Of a stretch of DNA of 44,904 nucleotides, positions 13,801 to 24,892 are shown piece after piece. A program made the position numbers and the translations under genes. The first letter of the stretch is position 1; each line of letters starts with the position of its first letter. The stretch is taken from the NCBI GenBank assembly GCA_001655205.1, contig LPNZ01008668.1:1-44904 (forward strand). The letters run 5' to 3'. The notes beneath the pieces were generated by a model. That model was not told where the DNA came from, ran no database searches, and saw only the letters and a program-made list of their open reading frames with translations. This DNA comes from Lenisia limosa (Eukaryota; Protista; Breviatea).

Positions 13801-15536
13801 AACCTCCGCAGCTCTCACCATTAGCACGGCGTCACGATCAGCAATTTCAGTTTTCCATTTTGACACCTATATAATAACCAAGTCTTTATGGCACTTCCGA
13901 ACCTCTTCGTCAAGTCCGATGACAACAGCTTTCTCAGCACCCTGCCGAGCCTCAACCTCTATCTCCATTTCGGCAAGTCGCGTCTTCAACCGATCCCTTT
14001 CACCCTACAATGTGACTATCTCCACACCACCAATCCTACCTCAACACGAGCTAAGTCATCATCGTTGCTGCGCATAGTGTTTCGTGACGCCTCAACCTTA
14101 AAGAGTTATTGATATTTGAAAGCAGACATATCAACTCAATCCCACCTGAAACTCAAGTTGCTTATTCGAAGCCTGGCTCTCTTTCAACTGAAGGAGTCAA
14201 AAAGAACTCAACCTAGAAGCCAACCTGAACTTGAACGTATTTTATATCCTCAGCAAGAGCATCATTGGCGCGAGATAGCACTGCTACTTCTCTGAGAACT
14301 CTTGACAATTCTCGATTCTTTCCCTAAAAACTCAAAAGATCAAAAGGTTTCCATGGTCTTATATTGGAAATATTGACTCGTAATAGGCAATCGTGCTCCA
14401 ACCTGAATTTCAAGTTTGAACTGCCTGTCCTCACTTTCGCGAGTATCAAGGGCAGAAGAGTTCTTTCTCATTTGCTCCCTGAAAGAAAAGTTAGCAGCAC
14501 AAGGACCTTACTTAAACTCTTGGACGTCTGCCCTGAGCTGCTGGTTGTCAGACTCCATGTCGGCCACTCGAGCTTTATGTTGTTCCATTTCCTGCAGGAT
14601 ATTATTAAAAACCGGAAGCGTACCAGATCCATTTGCTTCTTTTCTTCTTGTTCCTGGTCAATCTGATCGTCCTTTTGACGAATCACTTCGCGACTCTTTT
14701 CCAGCTCTTCTCTAAGCGCGTCTACCTCGTCACGAGCTGCTTGCAGGTCCTCTAAAGCTACCATCGTCATAAATTAAGACAAACTAACACCGAATAGTGA
14801 ATGGACAAAAACAACAATAAAGTTACTTCCGTACCATGACCACCGCCGTGTTGCTGCATATCAACTAGGGCAGCAACTTCTTGCTCCAATGTCTGCGGTA
14901 GTGTGAAATACAGATCTTTACTAACTACATAGGCAAAACATACCCCAATTTCTTGCTGTAGAGCATCGTTCTCTACCTGTAAGTCAGAGCTTCCCTAATG
15001 AATTAATTAGTTTTGTATTTGACTTGTTTTTGGATCATGCCTTTCCCTATTTTGGATACTACAGCAACATCCTCATACATCTCCTGCATTTGTCTTCAGG
15101 TGTCTAAAACCGTTAGTGCTGTGTACCAAAGACAAGGCAATTTCCTCCAACTAACTGTATACAAATCTGGGCCACCTGCGCAAGCTGAAGCGCATCTTGG
15201 AATGCTTCATCGTCGGTGGGAAGCCCTAAAAGTTACTTGCCATGGTTGCCCTACCAATATCAAGAGCAGACTTCAGGGAAACCTCTTGAAAGTGGGAGAT
15301 GCAATCAGGGAGAAGCTCAACGTCTGCTTCAGGCTAGGGAATCATGGAGAACAACAAGAATTCCGGTCCATCCTGCCCCCATACATTCTCTGTGTCAATG
15401 CCAAGGATGATCTCCCAGTCCACTGGTCGAGTCCCGGTCCCTAGCATCTTAACTGAAAAGGCGATTATGAAACATAACCGACAATGATATCATATGGCAG
15501 TTACCCTTTGAGAATAGTCAATTACCCCTCAGACAT
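7896..15536 (-). CDS. CEP290: CEP290 (ciliary transition-zone coiled-coil protein) homologue, many exons
   Basis: N-terminal PVDWEIILGID (cf. CEP290 INWKEIMKVD). Core YGLEEASEEI...RDTQIAELVEQANKRERQIGELADQL...LEQLRALNRQLTTEVAMLEEEVVALKK. Also LRAKLATKDKELAALKIALAHLREDM and C-terminal DDKFWTEVETLKNAY (cf. DPSFFEEIEDLKYNY). Start and stop traced by eye. Confidence 0.85.
8646..8722. other. Assembly gap (N run) next to poly-C
   Basis: Twelve C at 8634-8645, then N at 8646-8722. Confidence 0.95.
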
Positions 15537-16077
15537 CTTGACTTTCCAGTCCCCAAAGCAATATAATAAAAAAAATAACTTGGCTGAGGAGTAGAGATAA
15601 TCACAGCAAACCCGTTAGGAAGGCGCTTTTCCGTTCGTCTTCAGCTAAGGAGAAAGCAGCTATGGCCCTCTGTTGAGTTGGTCTGCCCTCTGGTGTGAGC
15701 AGGCTCTTCAATCAACAAACTGCAATCAACAATTCTTGCAAGGAGAGTAGCCTAGGGTGGGAGGATGATGACGCCGCGTTCGACCACCCTTGGATCTAAG
15801 CCGAGTCTAAGCCTAGCTTTTTTTAGATGTTAGGATGTGAGGGTTAGATTTTGCAGTGTTTAATAAGGAAAGGGAGGGGGGAGGGGAAAGGCGACCTGGC
15901 ATAGTAGAATATATACCTGGGGCTCTGAGGTTACCCAGTTTGGTCTTTTCAGGAAAAACACCTTGCCTGCACCTAGCAATTGCCTATTGATTGCCTAGTA
16001 AGAACACTAAGAGTGCTAAGAACAGAAAATCCGATGGACTTACTCCGAACGGGCCAAAAAAAGCAGATATATTTAAG

Positions 16078-19000
16078 ATGGTCACTCAGAAGAAAGGCCA
16101 TTCAAGGGTTTCCAACGCGTGTTTAACATGTGCCAAGCGCAAGGTTTGTAAATATTCAAAGTCCGAACACTTGCCAGCATTTTCTCACTTCATTCTTTAG
16201 GTCAAGTGTGATGGGAAGGTTTGCATGGAGTAAGGAGTGCCTGCTTTCTTGCTGTTCAATTTTATTTTTTAAAAATAGTGTAAAAAAATGGCAATATTTT
16301 GATTCTTTTTTGTAGGGCATTCACATTTTCTAGAAGAATTATCACAGTTTCTTCAACTTTGTTATTTTATTTGTACCATGCTTCCGAGGCCGTTTTTTTT
16401 TATTTTTCTTCTTGAATGTACAAATTCAATCTTTAGCAACCTTGTACCCGTTGTCAAAAGCGGGGTGACGTTTGTGAATATGGAAATGTCAAGAGAAAAA
16501 TTCGTGGGTTTTTTTTTTTTGTTTTTTTAATCCTTAAGTTTATCAAAGAAAAGATGGCGAGACGTCTTCTATTCCTTATAATGTATGAGGTGTGAAAAAC
16601 CTATATGTAACTGATCATCATCAAAGATATGTATGGTAAGGATTTCCAATGACGTTGTAGCCAACTGATGGTGATGAGCCGATGAACGAGATTGTGTCCT
16701 ACGTTGTCAACTCGCAGCCCAACTCCATTGCCTGTATGAATGGGCTAAATTCAAAATTGAAATGAAGCGCTGAATGTAATATATATGTATGATCAAATGC
16801 TGTATCATATCGGTAGGGCAAAATGGAAAATGATAACGTATCTGCCGAAACTGTCTACAAAGGGTCTTGAAAAGAGAAACTCTTCAGTCATTTACCTTAC
16901 ATCTCTGTTAACATACATTTACTATAGTATATTGATTTTGGTAGTGAAATTGGGAAAGCGGCAGTTTGAAGAACATGACATTCACTCGTTTTTTGAGGCC
17001 AAAGAGGTAAGAGGAGTCTTTCAAAGCTGTGTTTATCATGAAAGGTTCGCGAAGATACCACAAAAACTTTCATTCAGTTTGTTCAATATAACCAAGTTGA
17101 CATCTTTGATCGGTGAGTTTTACTGGGTTGAATTACATCGTAGTGATGATCTCATTTCAATACGAAATTTGTCAAACAGTGGAGTTCTTCATATGATGGA
17201 GGCTATTAATCAAAGAGCCAATCTCGTATGGAAACAATATGCTTTTTTTTACAGTTTAGAACATTGAAGCGGCGGACCAACACCAGGAGATTGTTGTTGA
17301 ATCTTTGCGTACGCCTTTATCCTGTTTTGATTACTATTTAGAGAGAATATGTAGTCGCCCAACCCTGCACACTGCCTCTGTGTTTGTTGGGGATTTTGTT
17401 TTGAAGTCATACCAACCAGTTTCCATTTCACTATTTAGTTTTGCCCTACTGTGCTTCTATTCAGCTGAAAGTTTTATTGGAACGTCAAGAGTTTGCTTCA
17501 TTTCAGATTTCCTCTTATACCTCTTCAGTACGCTCAATTAGCACGAAAATATGCCAGTTCCCAGCCCAACTACCTCTCCTATCACGTCATCTCATCCACT
17601 ATTTTTCTTGAAGGAGGAAATGCTGTGGTTTGTGCTTATTTTGAGCGTACTCACTCATTATCATAGGATAGCGATAAAGCACATTCAGTCATGGTCAGCA
17701 TGGGCGCCTTACTGCGCAATCCTGACGCCAGACCAATCACCCGTACAAACCTACTCATCTACTCCCTCTATTTTCACATTCACCAACACACAAATCTGCC
17801 TCTAAATGCGCATGAGAATCTTTCAACAACAGTGGGGACTGTTTTTATTGTTTGACTTCAGGTTGATTACATTTCGCGCCTCCATTGTATCACCCATGAT
17901 TGCCACCAAACTGTGTCATCGCTTTCATGCGACTACGTTAGTCCTCCAATTCAAAGTAAGGGAACATCGAGGTGTTGTTGTTATCTTTCAGGTGATGATT
18001 TACAAGCTCTTCTCTCTTACCTCAACATTATCAAATCGTAGGTATTATCTGTACCGAGGTGATGTTTCATTTTAGGGAAGCTAATGAAGTCGGAGTCTAT
18101 ATGTTGTTACTGAAAGAGAGGATTCTTCGATCCCTTTTATTACTTCATGGTCGCTATATTGACGAAGCCGCTGCGATTGCACGGTTGGAACTGGTGTTGG
18201 TGCAATGTTTATTTCTGAATTTTTTCAGGGAGGCGGTTACGTTATTCAGTGCCCACCGTCTTCTCTACCATACTGCTCACATTACTATTTGCTGGGGGTT
18301 CCTATTGGGGTGCCTGCTTACTGCTTTAAGCCTCAAAGTAAGTAAAGTTTTCAATGTTAATTCTCAGAATGAGATGAGTGTTTTCAGCGAGAGTCTCCAG
18401 AGCATTAGTGTTGGTTTCACAGAACTGAAACCCTTATTCAACATCTTTTCCCTTTTCAACAGGCACATGCCTTCTTCTATTGACCAGTGCAACATCGTAA
18501 GCGGTTTGAATGTTTGGATTTGTTTTCACCAATGTCAACTATTTGCTGTTTTTCTTTTTCCTAATTCACAGATGACAACAAACGCCTCCAGTACAGTAGA
18601 ACCTCACAAGCTTTATACCAAACCCCGGGGTCCAAGCTCAACTTTCAGGGCGGTTACTTTTCCTGAGGTATGGTTTTCTTTCAATTTTTATTTTTTAGAC
18701 ATTCAGTTTGATGAATTCTGAATCAAATGATTTCATTAATTCGGAATCCAACGATGAATTTGTAAGACTCTGATGTACTAACTTTATATTTCAGGGTTTT
18801 GATTCATTCACTTCATTGGAACCACAGTTGAATCAAGAAAGCACTTCGATATACATCCCAGTATGGCTCCAAAGGTTGTCCCTTCAGCAGCGAGTCAATC
18901 TTGGTATGAGAATTGTGTTGGGGTTATGGTAGAACGCTGGGGTTGTTCCAAAATTCTGTTTTTCATAGATACAGGACGCATGCCCCGTCTATGGACACGA

Positions 19001-19147
19001 CACCTGATAGATGAACTCAAGGTTTGATATTTGAGTGCAATTGACAAAGAGTTGATATTATTATATTTCTTATCTCTTTAGGTTCTTTATCGAAGCAAAA
19101 ACATTCGAGAACCAATGTTTTTTAACATTCATTCTCCAGGTAGTTAG
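16078..19147 (+). CDS. Zn(II)2Cys6 binuclear-cluster transcription factor, multi-exon (3' end approximate)
   Basis: Splicing three exons rebuilds NACLTCAKRK|VKCDGK|QPCTRCQKRGDVCEYGNVKRK, which fits C-x2-C-x6-C-x5-C-x2-C-x6-C. Downstream exons encode a long, apparently helical region. Confidence 0.8.
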
Positions 19148-19320
19148 ACTTTTTCTTTTATGTTTACTGGTCTCAATTATGTAATAGTTTTCAATTTCTT
19201 AATTTACTCTATGATTTTTAAAGGCAAGTACAATCATAATACATAAACAGAATATCTGACGAAAAAAGAAGCTCAGATATTATTATTATTGAAGGTTGGT
19301 GGATTAAGAAAGCCAGAGAG

Positions 19321-21458
19321 TCAAGCTGATCTTTGGAAGAAAACAAAACCCTCCCCAGAAGCGACATCAATGGTTTTGTCATTGAACTCTGCAACCTAAA
19401 GATCACTCTATAAATACTGCAACCATACCTTTTCAACTGTATAAGGTTCACCTAATCTGCCACCACATTTAGCCGAAGTTTCTTCGTGGAAGAACCCATA
19501 AATTGCACCATGACAGCCTATACGTAAAAGATGAAAACATCCGACACCAACCACCCCAAAAATAAAAGCCACTTGGTGAAGCTTCGAGGTTTTGAACTTT
19601 GGTGCACAAAGTGGAACTTAAACAATGAGATGTCAAATCAGCTTACGAGGTTTTTAAAATTTCAGGTTTCGCCAAGCGCTCTCCAATTTGACCCCAGACA
19701 ATCAATTGTCCCTCACCTGTATGTTAACATATCTAAAAAGCAGTACTGTTAATTGCAGCACAATTCACAGAATTACAAGTGATATCTTCAACCGAGGTCA
19801 AACGAGGGTCTTTAAGCTACTCATAATTAGTGGACAATGCCATACCAATGTCCACTCATTGGCAGTCTGACTGAGGCACTGGCCATTGGATGAGTCACCC
19901 CTACACCAAATCGAACCAGAATCTAAAATTATAACAGCATTCATCATACCGTCAATTCCAACCACTGTAGACGCTGAGAGTTTCCCAAGTTGAACAAGCA
20001 AACCCCGAGAAATTCGCGTAATACCCAACGAAACCCGAACAGTTGACGTCGACACAATCTAAAAATTAGAACAAAATAAGAATGCGACTCTCACTTCACT
20101 AAATAAGTTTGAACCTGCGCCCAAAACAGATCCATTTGCTGATGAATTAGTTGTTGATAAGAAGCACTACCAAGAAGAATATGAGATGTTTCCGATCCAC
20201 AAGCAAGGTCAATGATTTTCTCTGTTATTCCCAATTCTGGTGTTACCTAAAACGCTCATAACAATTACGCAACGAATCAAGAAGTTGTTTTACAATATTC
20301 TTCTTTATTCGGTATTTCATTCCTCATACTTCAATGGGAACGCTTGACTGCTGAACAGTATTTGTGAAGAGTTGGCGGCGGTTATTATTACCCCAGGCAA
20401 AGACTCTGTATGTTGCTGTGTTTATCAATTTTTGAAAACTGTGATGTCCAACCAGTAACTACAACAACATGGTCAGACCCAGCAGCAAGCATCGCCACAG
20501 GCGGGAGATACTCAACGGGGATCTTGAAGGGATATGGTAGCTCAGTTCTGATGGTCCCATCCCCTGTCTAAAACGAGTGATAAAAATAAGTTTACACAAA
20601 CCTGGCCAAACATATTTAATCCCCAGGAGTAAACGCTTCCATCTAAACAGTGAGAGCGGCAGACCGTGATCGTACCTTTCATTACAGCGTAAGAGGTAAC
20701 TCCCCCAGCCACAATTCCAGCAACATGCGGAGGCACAAGTGCCTTGACAAGAGTTGATGAGTTAGTTGCCTTTGCATTACCAAGCTTAAAGCCAGTTCCT
20801 TCCCCGCAGCCTTCAATCCAAGACTCATTCAGAAACCTGGCGATAAAACTCCTCAACAGCCTACTCTGCAACATCAATTTCTTCATTTATGAATAGTGGC
20901 TCAACCGAAGATGAAACTAATTATTAGTTAACAATTTCCATCAAAGATAGGAAGTAAGTCATATGTCATACTGCATCGAGGTATTGGTGTGTAGCCGTCT
21001 GATTTGGAAAAAATGAAGTCCGCTTTTTCTTCAAGAAGGTGACTGCCTTCAGGGCAATTCAATCGGCAGGCAAAGTCATGTTCTTAAGGTTATTCTTTAT
21101 TTGATCCTACTTTTTGGCTTAGAGCAAGCTAAACCACTTGGCATAAAGCAAGCCCTGAAAAACATCTAAAAAGCTGAGATTGACCATAAAAAGGCAATTG
21201 AACAGGTTGGAGAAAAAAAAAGTATGAAGACACTTTCATTGCAACCATCAAATTTCATAATATTATTGTCAAAATTGAAAATTTTCAAGAAGAACATACA
21301 AAGGGGATGGCTGTTGATTTAGAAGCAAGTGTTGGGTGAGAGACTGGTACGCTGATGGTAAATGGAAGAGATGATCGTACAAACCAATATTCAGAGTCTT
21401 CTTGTGAGGAGCACAAAGATACAAATAGCACAAGAAATAACCAGAAGACAAGCTGCAT
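19321..21458 (-). CDS. Signal-peptide-bearing RCC1/BLIP-II-like beta-propeller protein, multi-exon
   Basis: MQLVFWLFLVLFVSLCSSQED signal peptide and a Cys-rich exon. Repeats IVAGGVTSYAVMKDGSVYSWGLNMFGQ|TGDG, MLAAGSDHVVVV, VFAWGNNNRRQL, ACGSETSHILLANGSVLGAGSN and GSIWCRGDSSNGQC. Ends IDVASGEGFVFFQRSA*. Confidence 0.75.
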
Positions 21459-21967
21459 TTTGACCTGCTTGCTTCCCCCTTCGTCTCTTCTTTTTCTGGG
21501 AAGGTGGTAGTTGTTGTGGTGAAGGAAAACGGCGGAATGTTGGTATGTGTTAACAACTTGGCAGAGTGTTTTGGACGATGAGGAGGGACTAGGGGTGGAT
21601 ATATAATCTTCCTCTAGCTCAATAGCTGTGGGGCAAAAAGAGGCAAAAAAGAGGCAAAAGCCAACCACTGAAAGCGTCTGATTCTGATCTCAAAGATCAT
21701 TTTCTATTCCGCGACCCTCTGCCAACCCACCCACAACCCACCCATCTGTCCAACACTTGCAACACTTGGCCGTTGCTTGTCCAACACCCACCAAAACTAA
21801 TTAAGAGCAGCGCAAGGCAGCAGCAGTACACCTGCAACTAAAGCACAATGCACAATAGTATCATACGATTAAATATTCTGGACAATTCCAAAGAATTTTG
21901 GACAAGCACTATTATAAATACATCGTGTCAACGCAAGTATTTTACCCCATGCGTTCAAGAACCCAAA

Positions 21968-22974
21968 CTACGCACAGCAGCCACTCTTCTGCTTTTTCTT
22001 CTTCTGTCTTGATGACCTGAGCTCCAGTGACTCATCCTTCTCCGGCTGAACAACATTGATGTCAAGAATTTGGGCAACAAGGTGTTCAACAGAAATGTCC
22101 ACGTTTTGTCCAGATTGGGCAGAAGCAAGGTAGCTAAGCAGGTGACAATAGACGTTGAAGATTAAGTTTTAGCAACCCACTTACAATCCACAGTAGCCAT
22201 TGGCCTTACAGTAGTCTTCCATGGCTTGTTCATCGTCAGCCATACCGACGGAGGCAAGATCACACTATACGTCAATATGGAAATCAGAAAATAAAGAAAA
22301 AAGTATGATATACTATCATGCTAATAACTATGATAGCTATCCTTTCTAAACGATAGCTTTGGTCTGATTATACCTGAAATATTCATATTTCTACAACTGA
22401 AACAATTGGTTAATATTACCTTATTGGCAACCAAAACAACTGGGATGGGGGACCCATCTGGGAGAGTAACCTAAATTATAAGCCAATTTCACAAAATTCA
22501 GTCAAGGATACCTTTTTGTCAATGTCTCCCTTCCAGCTCTCAACAGCTTCGAAAGTTGCTCCTCTTGAAACATCGAACATCACAATGGCACCAACCGCCT
22601 CACGATAGTAAACCTGGTTGTCAAAAATGCCATAGAATACTATCACTAACTCTTGTCATATTTCCATATCTTTCTTGACCAGCAATGTCCCAGAGCTGTA
22701 AGCGAACTTTCGTCTCCTCATCCCAATCAATAGCTTTCAGAGCAAAATCAACCCCAATCTGAAGTAAGTCGGGTTGGAGGAGTCACTCACTGTTGGCTTG
22801 TACATTGTTCCAAATACATTGTTGACATAGCGACGGATAAAGGAGGTTTTACCAACCCCAAGATCCCCAACAACAAGAACCTTGAAGAGGCATTCTTTTT
22901 GAGGGGGCAACTCAGCTTCAACCTGAAAATGAAATTCGAAATAAGCAGCACCAATATTGTGACATGCTTACCAT
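21968..22974 (-). CDS. RAB32: Rab32/Rab38-family small GTPase
   Basis: Spliced KVLVVGDLGVGKTSFIRRYV...YKPTIGVDFALK...[26 protein letters not shown]...ANKCD...SGCCA*. WDIAGQE and VYYREAVGA are Rab32/38 signatures. C-terminal CC prenylation motif. Confidence 0.9.
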
Positions 22975-23136
22975 TGTAAAAAGAAGTGAGAAGGCAAGCT
23001 CAAGAGCAAAACCAAAATGACAGAGTAACTTGGACGTATTCTGTCGTCCCTTTCTATTTTTTTTTTTTCGTTTTTGCCGAGTTTTTGCTTTCTCTCAGCG
23101 CGGAAATGAAGAAATAGTGGAAATAAAATCTGAAAA

Positions 23137-24120
23137 TGTTCCTGATCCGCCGCCGGGTCCTCCTCTCTGGTTCCACAGGCAGTATTTATTATTTATAAGC
23201 CAAGTTCATGGGGACCCCTACCCCCCGACCCGTAAAGATGGACCCAAAACACAAAGCAAGTTGCACTAACAAGTGAAACAAGACGCTACGACTCCCCTAC
23301 CAGTGCCCTACAACCCTACTACACACAACGGACAAGCATCTCTGACACATCACACTTGCATCACATTAGTCATTAGCAAGACTTGCAGTATTGGACACAC
23401 ACCACACCTCCCAGACACCCGCAACCCGCACACAACACAACTACTGGGACCAGACTGGTGCGTAACGCAATTGCAACAATAGCGTGTCAACAAAGATCTG
23501 GACCTTGAGCAGGACGTGACACATGATGGGGTTCACCTTTGCCCCTTTAACTACTCCTCGTGAACCAGTATCTTTTTACCAACCTTGTGACCCTGAAAAC
23601 CCTAATGCGGGAGTTAATGCTGTTTTAGCAGAGTACGTTTCTAATAGTTCTGACTTCAACAGGCCAGTTCCATTTGAGAGAAAATACCTTGAAGAGGCAG
23701 CGAAATTGGACTTTGACGACCCAAGACTCAAATGCCCAGTGAGTGGGATGGTAGGTAGATGATAGGTATTGTTAATACTTGATTCCATGTCTCTTTCTCA
23801 CAATTTTTCATTAATATTTGTTATTATTAAGCCTCGCGACTATGGTGAGGAACTTCCTCCTTCAGAAGTCAATGAAGAAGAGGAAAAGGAGGATGGCTGG
23901 CCAAGGGGTGTAGAAATTGCAGAAGCTCTGAAGTTGGTATATTAAGAGTGAACTGACCAATCAGTGAAGCTCGGCGTGATATGGACATGCTGGTTGAAGC
24001 CTTGAAAATGGCAAAAGAGAAGAAGGGATTGGAAATGACGTATTCCATTGTTTGTGAAATTTCTTTGTTCATGGGTCTAGAAACCCCCAATGTCGGATTC
24101 AGATAAAAACGGAGGACTGA
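23137..24120 (+). CDS. Hypothetical protein, possibly mitochondrial (boundaries approximate)
   Basis: Candidate start MFLIRRRVLLSGS (Arg-rich, no acidic residues). Coding-like exons include PVPFERKYLEEAAKLDFDDPRLKCP and EARRDMDMLVEALKMAKEKKG. The 5' exon structure is unresolved. Confidence 0.45.
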
Positions 24121-24892
24121 AAATGTCTTTGGAACTGAAAAAGATGGTTTGCTTTGGCTTCACATTTCACTTATTTTTCAGGATTTTACTTCTGTTTCGG
24201 ATTATTTAAGAGCTGCTTCGTCAAGATTATCTGTAGTTGTGAAGGAGCAATCGAGGTTTACGAAAGAAGTTCTAAATTTAAGAAAAGAGTGAGAGGGTTA
24301 AGCTTTTTCCATTGTCATCTTTCTTGTTTTCTATTAATATTTGCTTTAGATGGAGACTTATTCAAAGAGGTCCACTTTATGGAATCGATGTCAGTATTTG
24401 TCCTCAAGGTAGTGCGGTATCAAGTATTTATACATACATATATGATATATGATATATTGTATATGATATATGATATGTTGAACAAGAATTTTTTGGCAAA
24501 GAAGAAAATACCTTTGACTTGTTAATCAAATAATATGGTCCAATCCTAATAATACAATAGCACTATTAATAGGTATGCTATTTTTATTTAATATTTGGAC
24601 TTTTCCAGAAGGGCACTATGAATTGAATTGTGGGACTGCGTGAAATAAATTTTTTGAAGAAATTGACAAATTTTTGAAATATCATATATTATAGTACATG
24701 ATATCATATATGATATATTATACGATTTGAGAAATTGTTTTTCCTAACTCAAATTAAAAGTGCTCTTAATAAATAATAGCCTTAATAGCGCTATTCATTC
24801 AGGCCAACTATTAATTTCATAGTGCTATTTGGAGATCATTTTATATCGAAAGCAGGGTCATACCAATTTCTTTCTGAATATTCGTCACATAC

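Noticed and set aside
23030-23482. Short + strand ORFs as separate genes
   Set aside because: They overlap the 5' region of the hypothetical gene and are better explained as UTR, exon or intron read-through.
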